From Malassezia furfur (Eukaryota), in assembly GCA_052055015.1 (NCBI GenBank), contig JBQJIT010000027.1: a stretch of 52,580 nucleotides of DNA. The stretch is one strand, 5' to 3'. Of the stretch, positions 9,859 through 21,077 are shown piece by piece (position 1 is the stretch's first letter; each line of letters opens with the position of its first letter). The notes beneath the pieces are model-generated. The model made no database searches. It had not been told where the DNA came from and worked only from the letters and a program-made list of their open reading frames with translations. Made by a program: the position numbers and the translations under genes.

Positions 9859-12716
9859 ATGAGGACGAGGACGAGGACAATGACGGTGACGACGACGAGG
9901 ACGACAGCAACGAAGACCTCGAGTACACGCTCAAGGACCGGCAGGACGCGCTCAACTTTGAGCACCCGTTCGGTCTGCCGATCTGGAAGCCGGCGCTGTA
10001 CAAAAAGTCGCGCTCGATCACGCGCACCGCGGACATGGCCCTGAAGTGCATGCCCGGGCAGCATCCGACGCACGGCGCGCTGCCCGGCAACGTGTTCTGG
10101 TTCATCTTTTTCGGAGTGTGGATCGGCGCGGTGTGCTTTGTGCTGTCCGGGGTGCTGCGCCTGCTGCCGCGCGGGGGTGCGTTGTACTCACGCGTGCTGT
10201 ACGGCCTGGCGACGTACATCGTGTGGCCGTTTGGCAACTACGTCGAGCTGGAGTGCACGCACAAGAGCGGCGAACGCCACGGCCCCTGCCATTTCAGCCA
10301 CATCCACGAGCACGACGTCAAGGACGACGACAGCGACAAGACGCTGAGCGCGTTCAACGAGGCACACGAGAGCACGCTGCTGCTCCCCGGTGTGTCGTCC
10401 AAGCCGCAGTACGACTCGGTGGCGTGCGGCCAGGACGACGTCGAGGAGGACGACGTGCCGGCTACCGAGGAGGAGCGCATCCGCTCCGAGCGCGGCGTGT
10501 ACCACTACGTGTACGACGACCAGGGCCGCGACATTGGCGTGGCGAAGCGGTGGTGCGGCATTGTGGTGTACGCGCTGGCGTACATTCTGATCCTGGTCCC
10601 GCTGCTCGGCACGGCGTGCCTGCTGTGTTGGTTCCTGGTGCTGCCGATCCCCATGGCGCGCCTCCTGTGGGTGCTGCTGAAGAACTTGGCGGTGCAGCCG
10701 CTCGCGCTGCACTTCCGCTCGCCGCTCCAGATCGACACGACGGTGATGCGCGTGCGCGGCGCCGACAACGACGAGCAGGTCCACGAGCCGATGCCCTACA
10801 CGCTGCGCCCCGGCCAGGCCGCGCCGCGGCTCAAGCCGAAGCACCGCAAAAAGGGCACGAGCAAGCGCCGCAGCGTCATCCTGCTGTGTAACTACCGCGC
10901 GATCGGCAAAGAATATTGGAAGTACACGGTCGGCGGCGTCAACATCCTGTTTATCAACACGCTGCCGATCGTGCTGCTCACGATCCTCGACTTCTTTGTG
11001 CTGCGCCGCCTGCAGCGCGAGCGCGGCGTGCTGCCGAGTACGCTCGCTTGGATCGCGGGCGACACGACCATTTTCGTGATGTCGCTGTGCAGCGTCTTGC
11101 CGCTCTCCTACTTTATCGGTATGGCCGTCGCGTCGATCAGCGCGCAGAGCAGCATCGGCATGGGCGCCGTGATCAACGCGACGTTTGGCTCGATCATCGA
11201 GCTGATCCTCTACTCGATTGCGCTCGTCGAGGGCCGCGCAGGCCTCGTCGAGGGCTCGCTCATCGGCTCGATCCTCGCCGGCGTCCTGCTCATGCCGGGG
11301 CTGAGCATGCTGTCGGGCGCGACGCGGCGCAAGGAGCAAAAGTTCAATGCGCAGTCTGCGGGCGTCACCAGCACCATGCTCATCATGGCCATCATCGGCA
11401 TCACCACGCCCACCATCTTCTACCAGATCTACGGCACCTTCGAGCTGCAGTGCAGCGGGTGCCCGGACGATACAAGCGGGCCGCAGGAGAGCTGGCGGTG
11501 CGACCAGTGCTCGTACGAGCATGTGCCGCCCAACGAAGACCCCTTCTTTGCGTCGCACGTCCAGGGGCTCATTTACACCTGCGCCGTGGTGCTCATGTGC
11601 GCGTACGCCATCGGCCTCTGGTTCTCGCTCCGGACGCACGCCTCCCAGATCTGGAACAATGCCCAGGCCACCCCGAGCGCCGCCAACGCCATGCCGGAGC
11701 ACATGCCCCCGGGCCTGCACCGCGCGTCGGTGTACAAGCGGATGCTCCCGGCCAACTACCTCCAGCAGCTCCTCCCGACGCACGGAAGCCGTGACGCCTC
11801 GGTCGATCCGCACCTCGCGCACTCCACGACCGAGGCTGGCAACGCACCACGCAACGGCAAGGGCCGCGCACCGTCCACCGAGGCGCACCACGCCCAGGCC
11901 GCCGACAGCGACGCCCGCCCCGAGCCCAGCGCTACGCACACCGAGGTGCCGCGCTCGCCGACCGACACGCGGCGTCCGCCGACCGACGCGCCGCGCCCAC
12001 CGACCGACGCGCCGCACGAGCAGCCCAAGAAGCACCACGCCGAAGACGTGTTCCTCGACGCGGCAGCGCGCATGTACCAGTACATTTTCAACCAGCAGAA
12101 GGCGGATCGCTCCGAGGAGCAAGGCGGGCACGACGAGGGCGGCGGACACGACGCGCCGTCATGGAGCCGTATGTGTGCTGTGAGTGTGCTGCTGGCATGT
12201 ACGATTTTGTATGCGATCATCGCTGAGATCCTGGTGGATGTCGTCGACGTCGTCGTCAAGGGCTTGGGGCTCCCGGAGAAGTTTGTCGGTGTGACCATCT
12301 TTGCACTCGTGCCCAACACGACCGAGTTCATGAATGCAATGAGCTTTGCTATGAACGGCAACATTGCGCTCTCGCTCGAGATTGGCTCGGCGTATGTGCT
12401 GCAAGTGTGCTTGATTCAAATCCCGGTGCTTGTGGGCTTCAGCGTATGGTACAACTCGTCGCATCCGCCGGCAGGCGGAAATATCGAGGAACACGCATTC
12501 ACGCTCCTGTTCCCGCGCTGGGACATTATCGCGATCCTGCTGTCCATCTTCCTCCTGACGTACACCTACATTGAGGCACGAAGCAACTACCACCGCGGCA
12601 GCATCCTCGTGCTTGCCTACGTGGTGTTCGTCGCCGGCTTCTACTTCGCACCCAGCAAGGACCCGGACAACATCGTGCCCAGCACGATTGAGCACTCCAT
12701 GTCTTGGCTGATTTAG
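9243..12716 (+). CDS. VNX1: Vacuolar cation/H+ antiporter, Vnx1 / CAX type II
   Basis: QDALNFEHPFGLPIWKPALYKKSRSI N-terminal motif; alpha-repeats GAVINATFGSIIELILY and FALVPNTTEFMNAMSFA; GGHDAPSWS motif; many TM segments. Confidence 0.9.
11958..12017 (+). repeat. 21-nt coding tandem repeat, about 3 copies (PTDxxRP)
   Basis: ccgaccgacacgcggcgtccg / ccgaccgacgcgccgcgccca / ccgaccgacgcgccgcac in a hydrophilic loop of VNX1. Confidence 0.8.
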
Positions 12717-12843
12717 TAGCAACCAACAATGCTTTGTATTGTACTCGACTATCTCGACGGCCACACGAACTACCACCGGCCAGCGCCATGCTTACGTAAG
12801 CAACCAGGTCCATAAAAAAAACCCGGCCAGAGGCCGGCAGTAC

Positions 12844-13030
12844 GGTGCTCGTCGCAGAGCGGGAGTGTAAGGCAAAGGACAAGCTGGAGTGGCACAAGCA
12901 AGCTCGTGCTCTACTCCCCGCGTCGAAAAAGATGGTTAACGTTTAAGTCTCCCCAGAGGGGAGGGTTACAAGCGTTAACTTGTAAAGAACAGATACTACA
13001 CTTGATCTAAGCCAAAAGGCCAGAGAAGGT
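12844..13030 (-). ncRNA. U2: U2 spliceosomal snRNA (about 187 nt)
   Basis: Minus strand reads ACCTTCTCTGGCCTTTTGGCTTAGATCAAGTGTAGTATCTGTTCTT, the U2 5' end with the GUAGUA branch-point recognition sequence. Stem IIa TTACAAG/CTTGTAA, IIb CTCCCC/GGGGAG, IIc complement CGTTAAC, stem III GGAG..GAGCTTGCTT..CACTCC, stem IV GCTTGTC/GACGAGC ending ACC. Confidence 0.96.
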
Positions 13031-13058
13031 GAAGAACCACAGAAGCGGGGGAGGCGGG

Positions 13059-13066
13059 TATATATA
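13059..13066. promoter_or_regulatory. TATA element between the divergent U2 and HOM2 genes
   Basis: Palindromic TATATATA about 28 nt upstream of the inferred U2 +1 and about 120 nt upstream of the HOM2 ATG. Confidence 0.6.
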
Positions 13067-13185
13067 GTTTGCGCCCCCTCCACCCAGCCGCCAAAAATAA
13101 TTCCGGCCGCAGGGGTGAGTCACGCGTGGTTACGGCCGTTATTTTCCTTAGTAATGCGAGCGAACCTTCGTACGCACGAATTACC

Positions 13186-14289
13186 ATGACAGGTTCTGGC
13201 AAACTCAAAGTGGGCGTGCTTGGCGCCACCGGCACGGTCGGTCAGCGCTTTATCCTGCAGCTGAGCAACCACCCTGAATTTGAGCTCGCGGCTCTCGGTG
13301 CGAGTGCATCGTCCGCGGGCAACCCGTACAAGCAGGCGGTTGCGGGGCGATGGAAGCAGATCCAGCCAATCCCCGCGAACGTTCGCGACATGCCCGTCCA
13401 GGCATGCGAGCCACAAAACTTTACGCAGTGTGCGGTCGTGTTCAGCGGCCTGGACAGCGGTCCTGCCGGCCCGATCGAGGCGGCGTTCCGTGAGGCGAAC
13501 TTGCGCGTCTTTTCGAATGCGAAGAACTACCGCCGTGACCCGCTGTGCCCGCTGGTCGTGCCGCTGGTCAACCCGGACCACTTTGCAATCATTCCGCACC
13601 AGCAGTCGCAGATGAGCCCGCAGCTCGACAAGGGCTACATCGTGACCAACGCCAACTGCTCGACGACGGGTGTGGTTGTGCCGTTCAAGGCGCTCGAAGA
13701 GGCCTTTGGGCCGCTCGAGACGATCATGGTCACCACGATGCAGGCGATCAGTGGTTCGGGCTACCCCGGTGTGAGCTCGCTTGACATTCTCGACAATGTT
13801 GTGCCCTACATCAGCGGTGAAGAGGAGAAGATCGAGTGGGAGACGGCCAAGATTCTTGGTGGGCTCAAGGACGAAAACACCGCCTTTGAGCTGCACGAGA
13901 CGAGCCCCCTGACGGTGAGCGCGCACTGCAACCGCGTCCCGGTAATCGATGGCCACCTTGCGAGTGTGAGCGTGCGCTTCGCGAAGCGCCCGGCGCCGTC
14001 GCCGGAACAGGTGGAAGAGGCGTTTGCCAAGTTTACGTGCGAGGCGCAAAAGCTTGGCTGCCCGAGCGCGCCGAAGCACGCCATCACGGTGCACGACGAG
14101 CCTGACCGGCCACAGCCGCGCCTGGACCGCGAGTGGCAGAACGGCGCAGGCGTCAACGTGGGCCGTGTGCGCAAGTGCCCCGTGCTCGACATCAAGTTTA
14201 CGTCGCTCGTGAACAACGTTATGCTCGGCGCCGCGACGAGCTCTGTGCTGAACGCCGAGATCGCACTGCGTAAGGGCTACATCTCTTGA
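13186..14289 (+). CDS. HOM2: Aspartate-semialdehyde dehydrogenase
   Basis: VGVLGATGTVGQRF Rossmann motif, NANCSTTG catalytic Cys, TTMQAISGSGYPG, CNRVPVIDGH, DRPQPRLDR. Confidence 0.96.
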   Translation: MTGSGKLKVGVLGATGTVGQRFILQLSNHPEFELAALGASASSAGNPYKQAVAGRWKQIQPIPANVRDMPVQACEPQNFTQCAVVFSGLDSGPAGPIEAAFREANLRVFSNAKNYRRDPLCPLVVPLVNPDHFAIIPHQQSQMSPQLDKGYIVTNANCSTTGVVVPFKALEEAFGPLETIMVTTMQAISGSGYPGVSSLDILDNVVPYISGEEEKIEWETAKILGGLKDENTAFELHETSPLTVSAHCNRVPVIDGHLASVSVRFAKRPAPSPEQVEEAFAKFTCEAQKLGCPSAPKHAITVHDEPDRPQPRLDREWQNGAGVNVGRVRKCPVLDIKFTSLVNNVMLGAATSSVLNAEIALRKGYIS

Positions 14290-14320
14290 TCTGTAGCTGT
14301 CTATACAAAACTCATTGTAA

Positions 14321-16153
14321 TTAATGCGCATCGGTCACACACCCATGGCTCGCATCGGCCACGAGACGCGTGTACTTGTACAGACCACCTTGGCTCACCT
14401 TGAGGGGACGCGGCACCCACTTTTCGCGGCGACGCTCAAGCTCAATGTCGTCGACGTTCTCGATGTTGATCGTGTTCTTCTCCGCATCAATGTCGATGAT
14501 GTCGCCGTCCTGCACCAAGCCAATCGGACCGCCCTCCTGCGCCTCGGGCACCACATGGCCAATCACGAAACCGTGCGAGCCACCACTGAAGCGGCCGTCG
14601 GTCAGACAGGCCACATCGTGGCCGAGACCGGCGCCCATGATGAGCGACGTGGGCTTGAGCATCTCGGGCATACCCGGCCCGCCCTTGGGGCCCTTGTAGC
14701 GCAGAATCACCACCGTCTTTTCGCCCTTCTTGATCTCGCCATTCTCCACGGCGTGCACCATGTCGTCCTCCGTGTCAAACACGCGCGCCTTGCCCTTGAA
14801 GCGGAGACCCTCCTTGCCCGTGATCTTGGCCACAGCACCACCCGGGGCCAGGTTGCCGTACAGGATGCGGATGTGGCCCGTGGGCTTGATGGGGTTGTCC
14901 ACCGGGCGCAGCAGGTCCTGCGACGCGGGCAGCTTGCCGTTCTTCTCCACCCAGCGTTCGCAGTTCTCACGCAGCGTCAGGCCAGTCACCGTGAGGTGGT
15001 CACCCTTCATGAGGCCCTGCTCGATAAGGTAGTGAATCACCGTGGGGATACCACCGCAAACCTTGTGCACATCCTCCATCACGTACTTGCCGCTCGGCTT
15101 GAGGTCCGCCAGGAACGGCGTCGTGTCACTGATGCGCTGGAAGTCGTCCAGCGTAATCTCCACACCGACGCTCTGCGCCATGGCAATCAGGTGCAGCACG
15201 GCGTTCGTGGAGCCACCCAGCACCATGGTGAGCACCATGGCGTCCTCGAATGCGGACCGCGTCATGATGTCGCGCGGGCGAATGTTCTTCTCAAGCAGGT
15301 TGCGCATCGCCGGGCCAATCTCTTCACACTCCTTCACCTTCTCAGGGTACTCGGCAGGGTACGAACTGCTGCCAGGCAGCGTCATACCGATGGCCTCGGC
15401 ACACGATGCCATCGTGTTCGCCGTGTACATACCACCGCACGCACCCGGGCCGGGGCAGGCATGGCGCACCGTGTCATAGCGGCGCTTTTCCGCATCGGGC
15501 GTTCCGCCCGCGGCCAGGTACTGGCCGTAGCTCTGGAATGCACTCACAATATCGAGCGTGCCGCTCACCGACGCACACCCACCAGGGCGAATGGTGCCGC
15601 CGTACACCATGATGCCGGGGCGGTTCAGCCGACCGAGCGCCATGAGCACACCCGGCATGTTCTTGTCACAGCCAGGCACAACGACACACCCGTCAAGCCA
15701 GTGACCACCCATGCAGCTCTCGACGCTGTCCGCAATCAGGTCACGGCTAGGGAGCGAGTAGCTCATGGCACTCGTGCCCATGCTGATGCCATCCGACACA
15801 CCCACCGTGCCGAACTGGTAAGCGGTCAGACCAGCATCGTTCACCGACTTCTTAATGCGCCGGCCGACCTCAAGCAGGTGCGCATTGCACGGGTTGCCCT
15901 CGTACCACACGCTTGCAACACCGACCATCGCGCGCTTCAGGTCCTCATCGTTGTTGATGCCATCGGTCGCGTACAGCATGGCTTGACTTGCGCCCTGGTC
16001 CTTCGGCTGCGTAATCAAGCGCGAGTAGTGGTTGAGATCGCCCGGCGCGGGGCGGTTCTCCGACGCACATGCGCACGACGTCGCGAATCCACGAGCACAT
16101 CCACCAGATGCCATTGTGCGTGCCAGGTTCCGTGCGGACTGCCCGGCAAACAT
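14321..16153 (-). CDS. ILV3: Dihydroxy-acid dehydratase, mitochondrial
   Basis: [56 protein letters not shown] and TDGRFSGG motifs; Arg-rich presequence. Confidence 0.96.
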   Translation of the reverse strand: MFAGQSARNLARTMASGGCARGFATSCACASENRPAPGDLNHYSRLITQPKDQGASQAMLYATDGINNDEDLKRAMVGVASVWYEGNPCNAHLLEVGRRIKKSVNDAGLTAYQFGTVGVSDGISMGTSAMSYSLPSRDLIADSVESCMGGHWLDGCVVVPGCDKNMPGVLMALGRLNRPGIMVYGGTIRPGGCASVSGTLDIVSAFQSYGQYLAAGGTPDAEKRRYDTVRHACPGPGACGGMYTANTMASCAEAIGMTLPGSSSYPAEYPEKVKECEEIGPAMRNLLEKNIRPRDIMTRSAFEDAMVLTMVLGGSTNAVLHLIAMAQSVGVEITLDDFQRISDTTPFLADLKPSGKYVMEDVHKVCGGIPTVIHYLIEQGLMKGDHLTVTGLTLRENCERWVEKNGKLPASQDLLRPVDNPIKPTGHIRILYGNLAPGGAVAKITGKEGLRFKGKARVFDTEDDMVHAVENGEIKKGEKTVVILRYKGPKGGPGMPEMLKPTSLIMGAGLGHDVACLTDGRFSGGSHGFVIGHVVPEAQEGGPIGLVQDGDIIDIDAEKNTINIENVDDIELERRREKWVPRPLKVSQGGLYKYTRLVADASHGCVTDAH

Positions 16154-16264
16154 ACGCATTCTTCGTGTCGGTCGAATAGGAAAACGCCGGAGCCAATGCT
16201 TTTGAGCGGATTTCGCACAAGTCCGGCCGAGCGCCATCGAGTCATGCCTAATGTGGAGGAACAC

Positions 16265-19200
16265 CTACGAGCTGCCTGCCTGCGTCGGGGCTTGTGCGCG
16301 GCCAATGTGCATGCCCACGCGCACCAGTGTCTCGATGCACGACTCGCTGTTATCAACGAGATCGCGGTCGATCGTGAGGAGCTTCTCTTCCGCCAACAGC
16401 ACCAGCGTAGAGCCCCCAAATTTGAAGTAGCCCAGCTCGTCGCCTCGCTTCACACGTTGGCCGGGCGTCACCGAAAGAAGAATCGAGCCGACCATCATGG
16501 CTCCGATGGCGGTGATGTAGACCATCCCAAACTCTTCCGTGTGTATGGGGATCACGACACGCTTGTTCTCGCCGAATACGTCGATTGAGCTTCGGATTCC
16601 CATCGGGTTTACCGTGTAGTACTCGCCCTCGGCCCAGTCTGGCTCGCCCACGATACCATCCACTGGGACATGGAAGCGGTGGTAATCCTGCGGCGCGAGG
16701 CGGAAGATGATGAGCGAAAGAGGCATGGAGCTTACACCACCATAGCGGTGCCCCAACAGCTTTGGCACGGAAAAGTTGCGGCCTTTGATCCACAGCTTCG
16801 TCGCACGATCCACCGTCGGGAAGGCCATCAGCCTACAGTCTGCACAGCTGACGAGCGTGCGTGCATCGTCCGGGTCATCCACGGGCCGCAGTTCCATTTT
16901 GATCTTGCGGCAGAAGAACTCGTTGAACGTGGCAAACGATTCCACAGGATCGGCCATCTCGTCCACATTGATCCCATGGAACGCGATAAAGGGGCCGATG
17001 AATTTCGCACTGCTTGCCGCGTCAAACTTGCGTCCCTGTTTCACCGACATGTTTCGTAGCATGCGACGCACACGGGCGCCGGACATCTGGCCATACGCGC
17101 CTTGATACAGCAGACGAATGCCCAGCCGCACGTACACCTGCATCTTCTCCTCCAACAGTTCGCCCGTGTCACGATCCTGCACCAGAATGTTGGCACTGTT
17201 GGCACCCACGCGATAGTTACCCTGGCTGATCTTCTTGATAACATTGGTATACCACTTGCGATGCGCCTGACTCGCGGTCACGAAGCGCGACATGGCTAAT
17301 TCGTCCACCCTACGCCAATCACTCGAGGCACACAGGGCCAGATGCGTGAGGATGTCGGTCTCATTGGCACGCCTCAACTTGCGTTTGTTGCAGAATGGAC
17401 ACGACTCGAGACGGATGACGCGCTCCACCGGGGCCGAGTCGCTCTCGTACGTCTCGTTATCGAGAACAGAGACGTTCGCCTCATGACGTCGGGCAAAAAG
17501 GGGCTTCTTTAGCATCGCCTCCATTACACGAAGTGCCTCGTCATACGTCAGTTGGTCCGTTTCGGGGTTCTTGCCAATCTCCACAAAAAGATCCTGAATG
17601 GTTTCCCGTGTCAACGTACTGCCAAGGCTGCTAAGCATGGTGGTGAACTCGATGATATCCACGCCGTTCGTTTCATTTGTGTCGTAGAAACGCAGCATCT
17701 CGCGCAAAAAGCGCTGACGCAAGGCTTCATAGGGGCGGTAGCCGTAGCGGATTACGAGCACGGGCGTATTTCCAGGACCAAATTTGCGTTCCTCGTCCCC
17801 CTGCTCGCGATAGAGTGGAATTTCCAACGAGTGTGTCATGAGTGGCGTCGAGTGTTCACCACTGTACAGTCCTGTTTCTTCATCAGGGCTCTGCGCCGTC
17901 TGCAGAATGGTTGACATGGGTAGCGTCGCTTCACCGACATAGTCATTCGCCGACATCTTGTCCCAGTCGTAGACAAAAAACTTGACGTTGAAGCCCGCTT
18001 CATTCCGACGCACATGGAGCAGCAGTTTTTCTCTCCATACCGGGTTGAGTGTATGCCGGCAGACCCGCGTCCGAAAGATTTTGCGGTTGAACGAGATGAT
18101 GCTGAATGGGTCCATGTCAAACGAAGTTTTCGTCATATTCCGCCAGTGAGGTAAGTTTCTGGCGCTGTCCACTTCAATCATGACAAGCCCCAGCATGTCT
18201 TGTCCCGCCTCAGCATTGAATGCAATGTTACTGGGGCGTCGGGGCTTCCGCACACGCAAGCGCCTCGGCTTCCGGCGCCGACGCAGTTCGACCTCTCCAT
18301 CGCTCCCATTCAGTGAGGTACTCTTGACGGCGGGCAACGAACGTAGGCGAAGTCGTCGAATCCGCCAGTAACGCTGAGGTGCGTCACTGTCCTCCGCATC
18401 GCTCTGTATAGCGCCATCTGTCACTTTCCCCAGCTGGTCCTGACCACCGCCACGTCCATTACGGCGAGGAATAGACAGAAACCGCCGACGACGACGTCCA
18501 CGAGTAGTTGTTCGACTTTCGCGTTCCTCGACTTCGACTTCCTGCATCTTGTCTTCCAGCTCCGAAAGGGAGCCTTCCGAGGAAGCATCTAACGAGGATT
18601 GCGCCGAAGCATCTTCAATTTCAAGCATGTCTTCTTCGTCTTCAGGCTCAGACCCGTCGTCCGAATCGTATTCCGACTCGCTTTCAGAGAGTCCATCGTC
18701 TTGTAGCTCCTCGTCGTCTTCGGCCATCCCGACGGCCTGGATGGCAGGGATGTTACGAAGAGAGAAAGAATCCCTCTCTTGGACTGCCTTGCAAATGGCA
18801 TGGTATAATCGATCAAGGTCAAATGATTGTTGGGCACCATCGACGGTGCTTGGAAGGAACCCTAACCGAACTTGCAACGCCGCCCGTTCTAGCGCAGGCT
18901 CCAAGCTGAGCCATTCAGGCTCGCTTTGATTCCAGTACGCATTTCCTCCGGAGCAGTTGGCCCATTTGACGACAGGTAAGTTAACTTCGCCGATACAGTG
19001 CACTTGCTCGGAAGCGTCGTCCTGACGCACGGACCATAGCACAAGTTCCAGGGATGTGGGTGTCTGATCTTCAGCCAGTGCCAACTGTATCGGATTCTCC
19101 ACCTTTTCGTCGTTGAGCTGGCGCTTCCGACGGCGGAGCAAAAGGGGGCGAGGCCGGTGTTTGCGGACAACCTTCACGCCGGCGACTGCGCTGTTGCGAA

Positions 19201-19630
19201 GGTACCGCGACGCCTTCCGAGGAAAGAGCCGTCCTTGAAGCGTTTTGTTTCGCCTCACAGCCGCCTTCCCTGCATCCGATTCGTCAATCTCCGATTTGCT
19301 TTCTGGTTCCGACTGGTGATCCCTTGCGATCCAGGAGGGCGTCACGGCGAAGTCAAATGTGGCCGATTCTGGCGTCCAGAGTGGATGTTCCTTCGGGATA
19401 ACAGGGGTCCGAAACGTAGAATCCTTAATTCCCGGTATCCGCACAGTGACAAACACGAGATTATCTTTGCATGCGACAGGCAGCTGTGCTTGGGCCACTT
19501 GCACTCGAAAGATCGCTAGGATTTCCTCCTTCTCATCAGCGCAAATCACAGGATCACTCGTATTGGGACGCCTTGATGCTATCTGATGCGCATCAGCGAT
19601 CCCATTATGCTTTGGCATGGTTTGTGTCAT
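16265..19630 (-). CDS. PSD2: Phosphatidylserine decarboxylase 2 (C2 and EF-hand domains)
   Basis: C2 domain (FDMDPF...RHTLNPVW), EF-hand-like YDTNETNGVDIIEF, FNEFFCRK, RLAPQDYHRFH, and the FKFGGST autocleavage motif. Confidence 0.93.
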   Translation of the reverse strand: MTQTMPKHNGIADAHQIASRRPNTSDPVICADEKEEILAIFRVQVAQAQLPVACKDNLVFVTVRIPGIKDSTFRTPVIPKEHPLWTPESATFDFAVTPSWIARDHQSEPESKSEIDESDAGKAAVRRNKTLQGRLFPRKASRYLRNSAVAGVKVVRKHRPRPLLLRRRKRQLNDEKVENPIQLALAEDQTPTSLELVLWSVRQDDASEQVHCIGEVNLPVVKWANCSGGNAYWNQSEPEWLSLEPALERAALQVRLGFLPSTVDGAQQSFDLDRLYHAICKAVQERDSFSLRNIPAIQAVGMAEDDEELQDDGLSESESEYDSDDGSEPEDEEDMLEIEDASAQSSLDASSEGSLSELEDKMQEVEVEERESRTTTRGRRRRRFLSIPRRNGRGGGQDQLGKVTDGAIQSDAEDSDAPQRYWRIRRLRLRSLPAVKSTSLNGSDGEVELRRRRKPRRLRVRKPRRPSNIAFNAEAGQDMLGLVMIEVDSARNLPHWRNMTKTSFDMDPFSIISFNRKIFRTRVCRHTLNPVWREKLLLHVRRNEAGFNVKFFVYDWDKMSANDYVGEATLPMSTILQTAQSPDEETGLYSGEHSTPLMTHSLEIPLYREQGDEERKFGPGNTPVLVIRYGYRPYEALRQRFLREMLRFYDTNETNGVDIIEFTTMLSSLGSTLTRETIQDLFVEIGKNPETDQLTYDEALRVMEAMLKKPLFARRHEANVSVLDNETYESDSAPVERVIRLESCPFCNKRKLRRANETDILTHLALCASSDWRRVDELAMSRFVTASQAHRKWYTNVIKKISQGNYRVGANSANILVQDRDTGELLEEKMQVYVRLGIRLLYQGAYGQMSGARVRRMLRNMSVKQGRKFDAASSAKFIGPFIAFHGINVDEMADPVESFATFNEFFCRKIKMELRPVDDPDDARTLVSCADCRLMAFPTVDRATKLWIKGRNFSVPKLLGHRYGGVSSMPLSLIIFRLAPQDYHRFHVPVDGIVGEPDWAEGEYYTVNPMGIRSSIDVFGENKRVVIPIHTEEFGMVYITAIGAMMVGSILLSVTPGQRVKRGDELGYFKFGGSTLVLLAEEKLLTIDRDLVDNSESCIETLVRVGMHIGRAQAPTQAGSS

Positions 19631-19777
19631 GTAAGTTCAACATATATAAAGTAGGGTTGGGTTGGATCAACACGTTTGCATGTTCTCCAGATCGCCAAAA
19701 ATTTGGTGGGAACGGCCCGGTCGAATGTTTACCCGGGGGGTTTATGTGATAAAAAGTCTGAGGGCCTGTAACGGAAT

Positions 19778-19860
19778 GTTCCGGTAGCTCAGGGGTAGAG
19801 CGGCAGATTGCAATATGCAACTACATCTGCAGGTCGTGCGTTCGAATCGCGCCCGGAACT
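19778..19860 (+). tRNA. tRNA-Cys(GCA) with 11-nt intron (19814-19824)
   Basis: Acceptor GTTCCGG/CCGGAAC, D-arm GCTC/GAGC, anticodon stem GCAGA/TCTGC with TT-GCA-A loop, T-arm GTGCG-TTCGAAT-CGCGC, T-run downstream. Confidence 0.92.
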
Positions 19861-20015
19861 GAATTTCTTTTTTCCTCTCCGCAGATCGGAAACGCCTCGA
19901 GTCCAACTCCTTGGCTTGTGCTTTGCGTATTTTTTTTGCACTTCAGCATTCATTCTCCGAAGAGTGCATTGTATACTACCATCATGGCGTTTCAAGTAGG
20001 AAGAAGTCACTAAAA

Positions 20016-20471
20016 TTACACATTCGAACGATCATGCTGGTCTGGGAATGGGTTTTCCATTCGGGCCTTTTCAATGGCGGGGTTCAAACCTTTGATGTGG
20101 ACAGCTTGCTAGAAATGGTCAGTAAAATGGATAATGGAAAACAAAATACGTACCTTCACGCACGCTTGGTATTCAGCAAACAATTTTCCACAATCGTGCT
20201 CATAGCGCTCCCGTAGCACAGCGAGATGTTGTGTCATCCGGTTGCTCCCAGAAGACAGACGCGGAAATCCACTCGTCCAAGAACCCTTCGCAGGTGTTGC
20301 ATTGGTATCAATATATTCGGAAGATGCATCGAGGTAATCCTTGAACCATGCGTTGAAGCACCGATCGTAGGTGTGCTTGAGCGGCGTGCATTCCGGAGAG
20401 AGGGAGTCCATCAGTCCCAATGACGCGGATTCATTGGGAACTGTTGACTCGCCAGCTGCACCAGAAGACAT
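20016..20471 (-). CDS. MDM35: Mitochondrial intermembrane lipid-transfer partner Mdm35/TRIAP1, 2 exons
   Basis: Twin CX9C (SLSPECTPLKHTYDRCFNAWF ... CGKLFAEYQACVK). 45-nt intron at 20109-20153, then exon QAVHIKGL...NV*. The start could alternatively be 20411. Confidence 0.85.
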
Positions 20472-21077
20472 GTCCACACGGAGAACGACGGCCTAGAAGA
20501 TGGCCAAGAATGGTGTTCCTTGCGGGATCTGCGCAAGTATTGTTTCGTAATCAATTATCAGCCGAACTCTCCGCCGGCGGATGCGAACAATGCCAGACTT
20601 TTATGGCCCACTCAATTGAACACCAAACCCGGATGCCGACACAAGGACACAGAAGATAGTAATGTAATCGGTTGAGAAATGCATAGAACTATTCACTTGT
20701 ATCTATTCAGAAATGCCAGCCTGACAGTTAGTATACTGCTCTGTGTAGACGAGGCAATCGCGCTGCAAAATCCATCATCTAGGAGCAAAAGACTTTTAGA
20801 TGGTATGGGTGTTCGCATCGGATAGATCCTAGACTTGAACTATGCAAAAATAGTTCTAATCCTCTGGATTTTGCAAAACGCAGTTGCCTGGCTTCACGTA
20901 CCGATGGTCGTAGTAATGTCTTGGTCGGGTGCGTGTCCGATACGCTGGCAGGCCGATTTCCACACGTGGGCGGACCACCGCGTCATTACATCAGACGTCC
21001 TGTGGTCGCCCAGGTTCTGTTAAAAATCCTAAAGCGCTGATTTGCTCTTACCCCGATTTCACTTATGGAATATTACG

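Noticed and set aside
9833..9915. GA-rich trinucleotide/hexanucleotide repeats
   Set aside because: They encode an ordinary acidic low-complexity tract (GEGEGEDEDED) in VNX1; not a CRISPR array or mobile element.
14324..16588. Long antisense ORFs (754 aa opposite ILV3; similarly 319-1875, 1891-3774, 10188-12149, 27147-28559, 30718-32292, 49632-50834)
   Set aside because: They mirror real genes and are expected from high-GC3 codon bias, which depletes antisense stops. No recognisable protein motifs.
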